NCBI GenBank assembly: GCA_964344235.1
Contig: CAYFMJ010000001.1
Coordinates: 256,001 to 320,000, forward strand
From: an uncultured Methanosarcinales archaeon
GTDB lineage: Archaea > Nanobdellota > Nanobdellia > Woesearchaeales > GW2011-AR9
DNA length: 64,000 bases
Direction of reading: 5' to 3'
Positions 1 through 10,403 of the stretch are shown one piece after another. Position 1 is the stretch's first letter. The number at the start of each line of letters is the position of its first letter. The notes under the pieces are model-generated. The model searched no databases. It saw nothing but the letters and a program-made list of their open reading frames with translations, and had not been told where the DNA came from. The position numbers were made by a program, and so were the translations under genes.

Positions 1-1028
1 GCTGCCCATGCTTGGTCAGCTTCCTCTAATGCTGCTTCTCGTGTCTGTTCAGCTGCAACCTCTAAATCAACTCTTGCAGGGATGTTAACTTCTTGTCCTG
101 CGAAGTGTCGATCTTTCACATCATTAATGTAGTTTATTACTTCTCTAGGTTCTTCATCAAGTTCCTGTGAGAAACTGTTAGTAAACCTGAGTAATGATTC
201 TGCACGTACTTCAAATAATTTAGGAGCTCCTGATTCGGCTGCTTGTTCTAAGTCCCATGCCAATTGGTTTTGAGCTCTTTCGATTGCAGCAGTTCTGTAG
301 CTTCTAAGTTCTTGATTATCGTTTGCAGCTAATTGTACGTCGACATTACCAATCAATGTTTGATAAAATGCTTCGGTGATCGGTACCTGTGGGCCTTCGG
401 AAGGTCCTGCCATTGGCTGTGAACCTGTGGCTTCGACAAACCTTCCTAACGATTCTGCAAATTGTTGTTCCATGTATTCTCCTTTCTTTTTGGTGGTTAC
501 GGCGAACCGATTAGTTCCAATAACATTTGTAATCCCAGAAAGTGCAGTAGAATACACTATTCCATCATATGACACTGGGCCTTCTTGGTTACTGCCTGCT
601 GGTCTTAATGGTTTTTCTGTAAGGCTTTCAAGGTCTGCTCTTTGAGCTTCATATTCTTCGATTAATCTTGGGTGCCAACCTTTTGATTGTAATGTTCTAA
701 CGACTCCATTGATTCTGTTGTAGCTATCTTCAACCTTAACTGTTTGGGTTAATGCACCTACATCTTCAACAAGTGGCGTAATAGTGTGTTCCTCTCTCGC
801 AAGGGTTCTTGCAACGTAGGTCTCAACTTTTTCCATCGGGTGAACTTTTGATCTTTCGTCGAGCATTTTTAATGCAATTGCTCTCTGAATCAGGGGTTTG
901 TGGTCAGCTAAGTCTAATCCAAGATCTGCCATTTGCATACTAGCAATATTAATTCGTGCAGCGAAGCCGCTATATGTGGGCATTCTTAATGCCTCACCAA
1001 TTTTTCCCTGTAAATCGTATTGTGCCAT
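1..1028 (-). CDS. Hypothetical acidic protein, partial (3' end runs off the window)
   Basis: Not in the ORF track. My manual translation from ATG 1028 (MAQYDLQGKIGEALRMPTYSGFAAR...) stays open to base 1. AAAAGA-TTTATATA (BRE/TATA-like) lies 24 nt upstream. Confidence 0.8.
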   Translation of the reverse strand, partial: MAQYDLQGKIGEALRMPTYSGFAARINIASMQMADLGLDLADHKPLIQRAIALKMLDERSKVHPMEKVETYVARTLAREEHTITPLVEDVGALTQTVKVEDSYNRINGVVRTLQSKGWHPRLIEEYEAQRADLESLTEKPLRPAGSNQEGPVSYDGIVYSTALSGITNVIGTNRFAVTTKKKGEYMEQQFAESLGRFVEATGSQPMAGPSEGPQVPITEAFYQTLIGNVDVQLAANDNQELRSYRTAAIERAQNQLAWDLEQAAESGAPKLFEVRAESLLRFTNSFSQELDEEPREVINYINDVKDRHFAGQEVNIPARVDLEVAAEQTREAALEEADQAWA

Positions 1029-1075
1029 TTTACTATGTAGATACAGAGGTACTATATAAATCTTTTGTCTTTTTT

Positions 1076-1091
1076 GTCACTGAACAGTGAG
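1076..1091. promoter_or_regulatory. Palindrome GTCAC-N6-GTGAG, candidate transcription-factor site
   Basis: GTCACTGAACAGTGAG in the divergent intergenic region. The same palindrome at the same TATA spacing occurs at 3809-3824. Confidence 0.45.
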
Positions 1092-1150
1092 TAAGAATGT
1101 GTGTTGGGGGCCCGCAAGCCTTATAAACCAAATTATCTTTTCTGGGTTAT

Positions 1151-1705
1151 ATGAAAAAGCAGTGGTTGATGGTTGTACTAGTCTCTTTCTCAGCGTTTCT
1201 GGCAGGATGCTCTCCCGGTAGCACGTTTGATAATGTATGGAACAAGATCTTAGATGTTGGAAATGTGAAGTTTTTAGGGAATGGAGATGCAATTCTCGGG
1301 TTTTCTCGGCTCCTCATTTGGTTGTTTATTTTCACTGTATTTTATGCAGTTATTTTAGGAATGCGGGGGGGTAAGGATGAAAAAGGATATGCGCCAATGA
1401 GTTTCTTTACCAATGCACAAGCAGGTGTTATTTCAGCGATTATTGCAACGGTTTCAGCTATCTTTTTGCCTAAACAGGTATTAGCGGCAACAGGAGTGGG
1501 TTGGGCAACGTTTATGGGGCTGGTGTTAATTGGCGGGCCGATTGTAGGAATTGCATTATTAATGTGGAAATGGCCTGGGCATGATAAAGATGGTAAGAGC
1601 TTAGAGACAAAGTGGTCAGTAGCGACTAAGATTATTTTATGCGCATTATTACTATGGATTTTGGGAGCGATGCGGCATCATGTAGCGGGGTTGGGTTTAT
1701 CATAA
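1151..1705 (+). CDS. Multi-pass membrane protein with N-terminal lipobox-like LAGC
   Basis: Signal-like N-terminus ending FLAGC and about 4 further hydrophobic segments; CTTATAAA ~23 nt upstream. Confidence 0.75.
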   Translation: MKKQWLMVVLVSFSAFLAGCSPGSTFDNVWNKILDVGNVKFLGNGDAILGFSRLLIWLFIFTVFYAVILGMRGGKDEKGYAPMSFFTNAQAGVISAIIATVSAIFLPKQVLAATGVGWATFMGLVLIGGPIVGIALLMWKWPGHDKDGKSLETKWSVATKIILCALLLWILGAMRHHVAGLGLS

Positions 1706-1706
1706 A

Positions 1707-2513
1707 ATGGTTAACGATGCAATAATCAGTGCGGAAGTGGGAAAAACGGTTGCACAGTTTATCGACTATGCGATGGTTGTTGTTATTATACTGATTATTT
1801 GGTATGTTGGAAAATTCTTTTTCGTTTCACCACCGACGAAAGCTGAGAGAGATGCTCGGAGAGCGGAAGCAAGTGCGAACCGTGAACGAGCGTTGGGCTG
1901 GTTCAAAGACAAGATGGAGGCGGATAAGAAAGCTGGAGAACATGGCCGAAGGCATGATGAAGTAGCATACATCAGAAGACATTTATTGGAAGCACAGACA
2001 AGAGCAAGACACGCTATTCATTCTTTAGAGTTAGCTGAAAGAGCGAGTGATGAAAGCAGTAGGCACAGGGTGGCTAGGACGATGCGTCGTGACTTACGAC
2101 GATTAGAACATGAGCTACATAGAGCTGTTCGCGCACTAGATCATAGAAAACATGATGAGAAACATTTCCCTGGTTTTGCTGATTTAGCTGGTTCGGCAGG
2201 GAGTTTATTGACGCAGGTTGAACATGCACTCCATACGGAACTTGACGAGTTGGAGGATGCTGTTGGGGAGAGTGGGGATACGTGGGATAGTGCTGTTGCG
2301 AAGTTGAAAGAAATGATTCATGACGATTTTGTTCGAGGCTGTGGCGCGATTGTGAAGAATTTGGATGAATTTATTAAGAATGATAAGATGGATTCTTTGG
2401 GGGATTTAGTGACTGCGAGTGCGAGAAGGCAAGCGCAACAAAATGCCGCGGCCGGTCAGGTTCAGCAGGGTGCAGGGAGACGACCGCGTGCAGTCGTGAG
2501 AAGAAGACCTTAA
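1707..2513 (+). CDS. Membrane-anchored helical/coiled-coil hypothetical protein
   Basis: One N-terminal TM (VVVIILIIWYV) then charged helical sequence; starts 1 nt after the previous stop, so probably co-transcribed. Confidence 0.75.
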   Translation: MVNDAIISAEVGKTVAQFIDYAMVVVIILIIWYVGKFFFVSPPTKAERDARRAEASANRERALGWFKDKMEADKKAGEHGRRHDEVAYIRRHLLEAQTRARHAIHSLELAERASDESSRHRVARTMRRDLRRLEHELHRAVRALDHRKHDEKHFPGFADLAGSAGSLLTQVEHALHTELDELEDAVGESGDTWDSAVAKLKEMIHDDFVRGCGAIVKNLDEFIKNDKMDSLGDLVTASARRQAQQNAAAGQVQQGAGRRPRAVVRRRP

Positions 2514-3763
2514 CTCTCTGGTGCAATAAATTCATAGATAACTGCTTCTACTGGTGCTTTGTCTGCGTCGTATGATGTAACAGCAAAGTAATTTGTTCCT
2601 GGGTTGAATTGCCAAGGTTCGTCATCTTCGATGTAAATGACAGGGACTTCTTCGCCTTCGATAATGGTTGTTTCCTCTGCTACCCTTACGTCAAGGAGAG
2701 CCTCAACGCCTTCATGTCTGCTGCCAATTTGAAGTTGGTGGTAATGGCCTGCATATACGCCCGATGCATGGCTAGCATATTCTATTGTTACTTCACTGGG
2801 GCCATTCCCAGTTACGTCCGCGGCGTTTATTGGAAGTTTGTGCGAAAGATAAATATCTACCTCTTCTGGTTTTCCTAAGCGGGTACGTTCTGCTTGTTTT
2901 TTCTCTTTGAGTCGTGCTAACTTTTCCTGTCCTGAGGAAATACTCTCCTCAAGTCTTCCATTGTCTCGTAACTTTGTAAGTCCTTTTCTTAATTTCTCTG
3001 GTATTTCGACTCCATCTGGGTCTTCACGAAACTTTGTAAATATGTTAATGGTGGCTTCTAGATTTGGAACACTATAGCCTGTATCGTAATCTGGGGAGAA
3101 AGGTTGGACGACAGCAGTAATTAGGGGTGTTTGTGAATATGCGCGCGGAATTTCCCAAGAATTGAAGTCTCCTTTTATAGTCATTTCTATACCTGTTTTT
3201 CCTTTAATGACCACCCTGTCAGGGGCTGCGATTGTTTCTACAAATGTTATTGTTTCTCCAAGAATCTCATACGCTAATGTTAGGTCGTGGTTGCCTGCAA
3301 CTCCTATGATTGGGGCGTATTCGTCTATTCCTTCTAGAAGTGGAATCATAGAAGTGTAACTTGTAGTAATTGTGTCTAGGATGAGTGGTGTTGTGATAGC
3401 ATCCCGTTTTCTTACTGCTTCTATAAGGATATCTTTTGTTCCTTCGTCAAGATCGGCGTGTTTTACAACGCCATTCTCGCCATGTTCTTCAACGATTTGC
3501 CTGATTGTGTCTTGCGCTGCTTGAAACTCTGGCTGCTGAGCTGCTTCATTTAAACCAGCAAGAACCCTGTCGATGGTTCTATCTTCACTGTCTCCCCGCG
3601 AATTAGCATCTTTTGGTGTGCCTTCAATAAAGTCACCAGTGAGAAAGACGGCGTCTACTTCGTCATCTGAACCTGCATAATCTGCAGCATATTGCCTAAG
3701 AACTTCTAATTTCCACGTTTGATCATGGATGTCAGTAGCGTGCAAAATGTTGAATTCGGCCAT
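2510..3763 (-). CDS. Calcineurin-like metallophosphoesterase with helical insertions
   Basis: Motifs TDIHD, LTGDF, AGNHD, SH and GHYH in the expected order. Confidence 0.8.
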   Translation of the reverse strand: MAEFNILHATDIHDQTWKLEVLRQYAADYAGSDDEVDAVFLTGDFIEGTPKDANSRGDSEDRTIDRVLAGLNEAAQQPEFQAAQDTIRQIVEEHGENGVVKHADLDEGTKDILIEAVRKRDAITTPLILDTITTSYTSMIPLLEGIDEYAPIIGVAGNHDLTLAYEILGETITFVETIAAPDRVVIKGKTGIEMTIKGDFNSWEIPRAYSQTPLITAVVQPFSPDYDTGYSVPNLEATINIFTKFREDPDGVEIPEKLRKGLTKLRDNGRLEESISSGQEKLARLKEKKQAERTRLGKPEEVDIYLSHKLPINAADVTGNGPSEVTIEYASHASGVYAGHYHQLQIGSRHEGVEALLDVRVAEETTIIEGEEVPVIYIEDDEPWQFNPGTNYFAVTSYDADKAPVEAVIYEFIAPES

Positions 3764-3808
3764 ATAATATCCATAGAATTAGTACTTTATAAGAGTTTTG
3801 GGTATTTT

Positions 3809-3824
3809 GTCACTGTTTGGTGAC
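3809..3824. promoter_or_regulatory. Palindrome GTCAC-N6-GTGAC, candidate transcription-factor site
   Basis: TGTCACTGTTTGGTGACA directly upstream of the TATA box (3786-3793) of the phosphoesterase gene. Confidence 0.45.
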
Positions 3825-3825
3825 A

Positions 3826-4080
3826 TTAAGATATTCTGATCTTTTGACCCAGTGCTTGACCTGGAAGACCTGCTTCTACAAAAATAGCTCGGACTGCTCC
3901 TTTTCTCCCATGTAATGCTGAGATCTTGCCTGAAATAGCTTTTCCCGCTGGAGAAGTCCAGGTAACAGTTTTACCAATAAGTTTCTCTGCTTCTTCCACC
4001 GTTTCTGCTACTTGGAGAATCATCTGTTTATTATTTTGGTGGTGCCGTCCCTGACGGAAATGCATAATTGTTGCTTCCAT
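3826..4080 (-). CDS. rpl35ae: 50S ribosomal protein L35Ae
   Basis: 84 aa with FRQGRHHQ..., GKISALHGRKGAVRAIF and GLPGQALG, the archaeal L35Ae pattern. Confidence 0.92.
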   Translation of the reverse strand: MEATIMHFRQGRHHQNNKQMILQVAETVEEAEKLIGKTVTWTSPAGKAISGKISALHGRKGAVRAIFVEAGLPGQALGQKIRIS

Positions 4081-4180
4081 GAGACGTTTGAACTATGGGT
4101 TTTTTATAAAGGTTTTTGTTTGATTATGGTCATTCTTTACTATCTAAATTATTAAAAACAGAAGAGTTGGTTTAAGTTGT

Positions 4181-5695
4181 ATGATAAAAGGGCAGGTGGT
4201 AGCAGGTGATTTTGGAAAGATTGTTGTGAGGGTTAAGTCAGATCGACCTGTTGAATTGGGAGAATTGTTAGTTATTGAACATAATGGTGAAAAGTTTATT
4301 CTGCAAGTATATGATTTGTTGTATGGGAGTCAGATAAGTCAGCAGAATTTAGAGATGGTTGCAGGAATGGATTTAGAGGAATCTGGCTTTGTGATGATGG
4401 ATGAGAAATTGCGCAATTATCAATTGGCGCAGTGTTCGTTGTTGTTAACAGTAGGTTCTAGTACGAGAACGTGTAAACATTTGCCAACATTCTTTACAAA
4501 GGTTCGTAGTATCAAGAAAGAAGATTTGGCGTTTATTACAAAACCACGGAACCCATTGTTTTTGGGGGGGTTACGGAGTGGGAGTCAGCATATTGAGTTT
4601 GATGTCTTTCTGCCAGGGAAAGATGTGTTATCGCACCATGTGTTAATTCCTGCGAGTACTGGAAAAGGAAAATCGAATTTAATGAAAACGATGTTGTGGA
4701 ATCTTGCTGATACTGATTATGCAGGTGTGTTGGTATTAGATCCACATGATGAGTATTATGGCAGAGCGGGAGTTGGGTTGAAAGATCACCCTCGGCGGGA
4801 AAAAGTTGTATATTACACTCCTGTCAATCCTCCGCCGGGAGCAAGATCGTTGAAGATTCATGTTGAAAAATTAAAACCAGAACATTTTATGGGAGCGATT
4901 TCGTTAAGTGATCCGCAACGAGGTTGTTTACATGGGTATTACAAGAAGTTTCGTGAGAGGTGGATTGAAAGTATTTTACGGGAAGAAAGAATTGAGAATG
5001 TGAAGTTTCACGAGGATACACTTGCTGTTGTGAAGCGGAAGTTAATTGCGTTGTTAGGAATAGAGTTTGTTGATGGAAGAATGACTTGCCAGGGCATTTT
5101 TGATACTGTTGCTGGGGAAAATACCGTGTTTGAAATTTGTAAAGAGTTGGAGAGTGGAAAAATAGTTGTGATTGATACAAGTTTTTTTTCAGGAGCGTTA
5201 GAGATTATGGTTGGAAGTATTATTACATCTGAAATGTTTCAGAGGTATAAGAACTATAAACGGCGAGGAGAGTTGCGTGATAAGCCGGTTGTATCTGTTG
5301 TGTTAGAAGAAGCGCCTCGTGTATTGGGGAAAAAAGTGTTAGAAAGAGGAAGTAATATTTTTGATACATTAGCTAGGGAAGGTAGGAAGTTTAAAGTTGG
5401 TCTCATTGCAATTACGCAAATTCCATCGGAGATTCCACGGAATATTTTAGCAAACATGAACACAAAGATTATTCTCGGAATTGAGATGGCTGCGGAGAGG
5501 GGAGCGGTGATAGATTCTGCACCGCAAGATTTGAGTAAAGATAATCGAACAATAGCGGCGTTGGATAAAGGTGAGGCGTTGGTCACTTCTACATTTACAC
5601 GATTTGCAGTGCCGATTAAGATTCCACTATTTGAAGAAGTTGTTAAAAAGAAAAAAGAAGAAAAAACGTATCACGTGGATACTAGTTTGTTTTAG
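4181..5695 (+). CDS. herA: HerA-type ATPase/helicase (HAS barrel plus FtsK/HerA ATPase)
   Basis: N-terminal GELLVIE...LQVYDL HAS barrel, Walker [16 protein letters not shown], Walker [15 protein letters not shown] arginine finger and TQIPS. Confidence 0.85.
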   Translation: MIKGQVVAGDFGKIVVRVKSDRPVELGELLVIEHNGEKFILQVYDLLYGSQISQQNLEMVAGMDLEESGFVMMDEKLRNYQLAQCSLLLTVGSSTRTCKHLPTFFTKVRSIKKEDLAFITKPRNPLFLGGLRSGSQHIEFDVFLPGKDVLSHHVLIPASTGKGKSNLMKTMLWNLADTDYAGVLVLDPHDEYYGRAGVGLKDHPRREKVVYYTPVNPPPGARSLKIHVEKLKPEHFMGAISLSDPQRGCLHGYYKKFRERWIESILREERIENVKFHEDTLAVVKRKLIALLGIEFVDGRMTCQGIFDTVAGENTVFEICKELESGKIVVIDTSFFSGALEIMVGSIITSEMFQRYKNYKRRGELRDKPVVSVVLEEAPRVLGKKVLERGSNIFDTLAREGRKFKVGLIAITQIPSEIPRNILANMNTKIILGIEMAAERGAVIDSAPQDLSKDNRTIAALDKGEALVTSTFTRFAVPIKIPLFEEVVKKKKEEKTYHVDTSLF

Positions 5696-8066
5696 GTCTG
5701 GATTTTCTGATCTCAACTAGTGCTTGATAGCGACCAACAGTCCTTTCAAGAGGTTCTATATTGCCTATAGTAACTTCTCTTACCCCGTCAGCAAGACCAC
5801 TTGCGGCTCTAACATAGGTAATTACTGCTTCCCTTGCTGGCATATACTCTGGTGTTGCCAGTACGACTGCGTGACTGATTGCTGCTGCTCGTAAGTTTGC
5901 TGCAACTTTACCTTTAAGATCTGCCGCGATTACAGCACCGGCTTTAAACTCGTCTCTTGCGACTGATTCTGTTTTATCTAAGTAACGAGCAGGATTTCCT
6001 CTTACGGCAGAGGTGATCCCAATGGTCCCTTCTGCAAGATCTTCTAAGAGTCCAAATTCTGAAGGATCTTGTATTGTGCTTACAAATTCAAACCCTGCTT
6101 CAAAACCTTTTTGCAGTGGATCAACAGCATACAGGAATGTTCTTGCAGTTGTTGCTCGTTCCGTGTCTTCTGCATTAGAATATCTCTCTCGTGCAGATGC
6201 GAATGTGTCATATAGCTCTGCTCTTTTTTCCTCACCAGTTACTTCAACTAGTGAAACGAAGTCAGCGACATTTTCTGCTGTCAAATGACCATTCTCTAGA
6301 AGCCACTCAACATCTCTCCAAGCATCTCTCGTGGTTCTATCGTCTACTCGCCCTAGGTGTTTTGCTAGATAGACTGCGGCTTCTACTGATTCTGGTACTT
6401 TAACCTTTGCTTCACGGTAGATGGCCTCTGAAATTCTGTTATCTACATGACCTTCACCTAGTTTGTAACCTGCTAGGTCATCTTTCCAGGAAGTTTCAGG
6501 ATCTACAAGGTCTGATCTTCGTAGTGAGATCAAGTTTTCTGCATTGGCCACTGCTGCTGCTTTGTAGGATTGTCGGTCTCCGAATGCTTTTTTGTATAAG
6601 CTAAACAATGCTGCAGACGCGTCCAAACTTTCCTGTACTCCGTCATCTCCGAAGAGCGTTGCATTTGCTAGTTCAAATATTACCTCTGCTTTCTTTTCAG
6701 TTCCTACGTCTCTTTCGATTGAGCCGACTTTTTCGTGAACCGTTTTTGGATCGTACTGGCCAGTAATTATTCCACCAATGACTTCTAGTACTGACGGTAC
6801 AATAGAGTGCCTCTCGCCAGCCACTCTTTTGAAGAACTGGTATCCCGCTGAGATTGCTGAAGCACTTGGTTGAGCTGCGGTATCAAGTGTTGCTGCTTGT
6901 GCTGCTTGATCGACTGTTGATTGTTGTCCTTGAACCCTCCTTCTAAGAGCTCTGATATCGTCAGCAAGGGAATCACGTTCATCGATTTCGACCTCTTCGT
7001 CAGGGGCCGCAATAATATTACCTAAGTACAGTGCCCTCGCCTTTGCTTCTTGTACTCTCTCATAGATTGCTGTTATCACTGCCGCTTTAGGATCATCACC
7101 AAGAGCTCCTACAAAATTCTGAGGGCTGTCACCTCTTGCGATTGCCTCTAAGGCACATAGTGTCCAATCTCTTTTAGAAGGCGCCCCTTCTTCGGCTGTT
7201 TGTTGTGACCCTGCTAATGCAGCTTGATATCCTTCGTATCTTGTTCTTGTTTCCGCGTCTTCGATAGCGGCTATTGTTACTGCAGAACCTTCCTCCCCTT
7301 TGAGAATTGCTTCTGCTGCGGCAACCTGCTGCTCTAAATCTCGTACTTTTGCAGCGTTGCCATGCATCTCGACCAGGGCCTTATTTATTCCTTCATAGGC
7401 TGTTCGGTGATCTTCACCGTGATCTTTATCTGAGAACGGGTGTAATTCCCCTGGGTTACTGGCGATCTCAAAAAGAACGCCGACTCTCGCTGCTTGATCA
7501 TTGTAGTTTTGGTTCGCTGCAGCTAGCTCCTCTTCTAATTCTGGGACTCTGTCGGCAGTTTCTCTGGTTGCTTTCAGTCCTTTCATAAGATCTTCGTGAG
7601 CTCTCTGTTCGGGTGTTTCTAATGCAACATCTCCGTCGTTTTGTATACCTGATGCTAAGAAATCAGCGTCTGCTCGTGCGGCTTTATAATCATCTTCTGC
7701 TTGCTCCGCTCTTCCTTCTGCAAGGTCAACACGGTGTTCTAGTTCAGCAGAGTATACTCTTAAAGCGTCTAAATCACTTTGGTTTCTTGCACCGACTGCA
7801 GCTAGTGCTTTAACTCCTCTGTGGGCCATATGGGCATCACTAATAGCGTCAGTATCAAGTCGGCCATCTACAACTAAGTCTTTATAAGAATCAGGGATTT
7901 CACGAAGTCCTCCTGCGGGTCTCGGAATAGAACCGTCTCTTAGCCCCGTTCTAATTGCTTCCTGTAAATCTCTTCCCTCTAACCCTCGTAATTGTTCATG
8001 CAAGTCTGAATCTGCCATTGTAGTATCGTCTCCGTGTATATTATAATGAGAGTGCTCTATGAACAC
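5682..8066 (-). CDS. Large acidic Ala-rich helical/coiled-coil hypothetical protein
   Basis: 794-aa ORF with no TM or ATPase motif. Start is GTG 8066 (24 nt from AAAAGATTTATAAA) or ATG 8018. Confidence 0.75.
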   Translation of the reverse strand: MFIEHSHYNIHGDDTTMADSDLHEQLRGLEGRDLQEAIRTGLRDGSIPRPAGGLREIPDSYKDLVVDGRLDTDAISDAHMAHRGVKALAAVGARNQSDLDALRVYSAELEHRVDLAEGRAEQAEDDYKAARADADFLASGIQNDGDVALETPEQRAHEDLMKGLKATRETADRVPELEEELAAANQNYNDQAARVGVLFEIASNPGELHPFSDKDHGEDHRTAYEGINKALVEMHGNAAKVRDLEQQVAAAEAILKGEEGSAVTIAAIEDAETRTRYEGYQAALAGSQQTAEEGAPSKRDWTLCALEAIARGDSPQNFVGALGDDPKAAVITAIYERVQEAKARALYLGNIIAAPDEEVEIDERDSLADDIRALRRRVQGQQSTVDQAAQAATLDTAAQPSASAISAGYQFFKRVAGERHSIVPSVLEVIGGIITGQYDPKTVHEKVGSIERDVGTEKKAEVIFELANATLFGDDGVQESLDASAALFSLYKKAFGDRQSYKAAAVANAENLISLRRSDLVDPETSWKDDLAGYKLGEGHVDNRISEAIYREAKVKVPESVEAAVYLAKHLGRVDDRTTRDAWRDVEWLLENGHLTAENVADFVSLVEVTGEEKRAELYDTFASARERYSNAEDTERATTARTFLYAVDPLQKGFEAGFEFVSTIQDPSEFGLLEDLAEGTIGITSAVRGNPARYLDKTESVARDEFKAGAVIAADLKGKVAANLRAAAISHAVVLATPEYMPAREAVITYVRAASGLADGVREVTIGNIEPLERTVGRYQALVEIRKSRPKTN

Positions 8067-8167
8067 TTCTCTTACTCGGGAGAACGGTTATTTATAAATC
8101 TTTTGAATGTTTGACTCCTCTCGAGTGGTCACTATCTTTTATGAACGGCCTCTGGTTTCGTTATGGT

Positions 8168-9076
8168 ATGAAGCATTCTGTGAAAGTAACGTTGATTCTA
8201 CTGCTGCTGTTTTTGATGGCACAATTTATTGGATTGGGGGTTGTGTACAGTTATATTGATACTGAACAGACTGCAGCTACGGGGGAAACGGTGTTTGAAG
8301 AATTGCCAATTGGGGAAAGACCTCCGGTGGAGGAAAGAACATCCTATCTGCCAATTTTATTGGCAATTATTATTGGGACAATTGTTATGTTGTTGCTAGC
8401 AAAGTATAAGTTGCAGAAATTTTGGAAAGTTTGGTTTGTATTTGCGGTAGTAATTGCGTTAACGGTGGCGTTTGGTGCGTTTCTGCCAGCGATTATCGCA
8501 TTTATTATTGGGTTAGTGTTAGGGGCCTGGAAAATCTTTCGCCCTCACTTGTACATCCACACGTTTACAGAACTATTTATCTATGGTGGGTTGGCAGCAA
8601 TTTTTGTTCCGTTGCTAAATTTGTGGTCGGTTAGCGTGTTGTTAGTGCTAATTGCGATTTATGATATGTATGCGGTGTGGAAATCGGGGCATATGGTAAA
8701 ACTTGCAAAGTCACAAACGAAGCAGGGTGTGTTTGCTGGTTTGTTAGTGCCATATAAATTACCACAAAAACCGTCAAAGAAAACAGTTAAGAAGACTGCA
8801 GCTAAAGTTGTTGCTAAAAGTAAAAAAGTTCCTCAGAAAATACGAACAGCAATTCTTGGTGGAGGCGATATTGGCTTCCCATTAATTTTTGCAGGGGTTA
8901 TATTGAAGGAAATCGGATTGTGGCAGTCGTTAATTATTCCTTTCTTTGCGTTAGCAGGTTTAGCGTTATTATTATGGAAAGCTGAAAAGAAGAAGTTCTA
9001 CCCTGCAATGCCGTTTATTGGATTGGGATGTTTTGTTGGGCTGGGAGTTGTGTGGTTGGTGAGTTTATTGTTGTGA
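8168..9076 (+). CDS. Presenilin/signal-peptide-peptidase-like intramembrane aspartic protease (A22)
   Basis: YD (IAIYDMYAVWKSGHM), GxGD (LGGGDIGFP) and PAL-like PAM motifs in a polytopic protein; start moved to ATG 8168 by TATA spacing. Confidence 0.9.
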   Translation: MKHSVKVTLILLLLFLMAQFIGLGVVYSYIDTEQTAATGETVFEELPIGERPPVEERTSYLPILLAIIIGTIVMLLLAKYKLQKFWKVWFVFAVVIALTVAFGAFLPAIIAFIIGLVLGAWKIFRPHLYIHTFTELFIYGGLAAIFVPLLNLWSVSVLLVLIAIYDMYAVWKSGHMVKLAKSQTKQGVFAGLLVPYKLPQKPSKKTVKKTAAKVVAKSKKVPQKIRTAILGGGDIGFPLIFAGVILKEIGLWQSLIIPFFALAGLALLLWKAEKKKFYPAMPFIGLGCFVGLGVVWLVSLLL

Positions 9077-9143
9077 TTTCTCTGCTTTGATATATTTATT
9101 TGATGCAATAAAACGTTAAAAAGTAGTGGTCTCGTGAGTATGT

Positions 9144-9542
9144 ATGAATCGTCTAGAGAAAGTGTATCTGTTTTGTGGCTCTTTGTTTCTCCCTTTTCTT
9201 TTTTATCGAATTTATGTTTTTCTTAACGGCGGTAAGGTTTCGTTCTTACGTGGTTTGACTGGACTGAAGGTTCACCATTATCATTACGGAGTTTTTCTCA
9301 TTACTGTTGTAGTATTGCTGTTGTTGTTCTATAAATTGTCTAAAATAATAGTTGTGCTGGCTGGTTTAGGCATAGGGACGATGCTTGATAGTTTTATTTC
9401 TTCTTTATTTAGGAGCTCGTCACGTGCCGGAGAAATTGTTAATTATAATACCGCACTTATTCCAACTTTGCTATTATTGCTGGGAGTTACGTTGCTGGCT
9501 GTTGCGCTTTCTAGAAATAGTTCTAATCAAACCCACGAATAG
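9144..9542 (+). CDS. Small integral membrane protein with HHYHYG motif
   Basis: Four hydrophobic segments and a His-rich HHYHYG motif. Confidence 0.7.
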   Translation: MNRLEKVYLFCGSLFLPFLFYRIYVFLNGGKVSFLRGLTGLKVHHYHYGVFLITVVVLLLLFYKLSKIIVVLAGLGIGTMLDSFISSLFRSSSRAGEIVNYNTALIPTLLLLLGVTLLAVALSRNSSNQTHE

Positions 9543-10329
9543 GGGATTTGTATTTTACGTACCCACCAGCTGCTAACGATAATCCATCACGGGCAGCAAT
9601 GGTTTGTACGCCAGTGAGTCTCTGAATTTCTCTTGCTTGTTGTAATGGGTCTGCTTTTAACATTTCTAAGCCAAAATGGGTGATGATCGCAACCCTCGGT
9701 CGAACTTTGGAAACAATCTTGATTGCTGATTCTGTGTCGAGGTTAAGACCCTTACCCTCTTTACCGGGAAATGGTACGTTCATGATGAGGATGTCAGTTC
9801 CAGTAAGACTTTCCATTAGCTCATCTGTAAGAATTGTGTCTCCCGTATAGGCAAGTGTAAATTTAGGGCAGAATAATTTGAATCCAACTGCGTGTGGATC
9901 TGTGTGTTTTACAGGGAGTGCGTTGATTTGAACTAACTCAATCCCAATTTTGTGGTTCTGTTCTATGGGAATAATTCGTTCTGGTAATTTTTGATGATGC
10001 TTTGTTAAGATTGGGTTATTTTCTTCAGATGCTTGTAAGACAGACTTGCTCGCTAAAACAATACCCCTCTGTTCGATGCCGCCGTGAGTCATCGCATCCA
10101 CAACAGCGTTGAGGTCATTACAATGGTTGATGTGGTTATGTGATACTAGGACTGCAGTTGTATGGTGGAGATTGACTCCATATTCTTTCGCTTTCACCAA
10201 CGCACCCGGGCCGGGATCGAGATGGAACTGGAGGTCTTCTACTTGTACGATTATGCCGCCTGATGCACAGAGTTGCCTACTGACAACTGCGGGTGAGCCG
10301 GCAGTGCCTAAGAAAATAATACGAGACAT
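9523..10329 (-). CDS. MBL-fold metallo-hydrolase (PhnP/RNase Z-like)
   Basis: FLGTAGS, DPGPG, SHNHINHCND (HxHxDH variant), VKH, YTGDT and ITH motifs. Confidence 0.85.
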   Translation of the reverse strand: MSRIIFLGTAGSPAVVSRQLCASGGIIVQVEDLQFHLDPGPGALVKAKEYGVNLHHTTAVLVSHNHINHCNDLNAVVDAMTHGGIEQRGIVLASKSVLQASEENNPILTKHHQKLPERIIPIEQNHKIGIELVQINALPVKHTDPHAVGFKLFCPKFTLAYTGDTILTDELMESLTGTDILIMNVPFPGKEGKGLNLDTESAIKIVSKVRPRVAIITHFGLEMLKADPLQQAREIQRLTGVQTIAARDGLSLAAGGYVKYKSPIRGFD

Positions 10330-10403
10330 GCTATTTTGGGGTAAAAAGTGTTAATAAAGATTATTGTGGTTGGATAGTTGGGTTGGTGTGTTCTTTTCAG
10401 TAT

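Noticed and set aside
2510-8066. Phosphoesterase, HerA and a long coiled-coil protein as an Mre11-Rad50-HerA-NurA operon or defence system
   Set aside because: The 794-aa protein has no Walker A/B or zinc hook, there is no NurA, the genes alternate strands, and rpl35ae lies between them.
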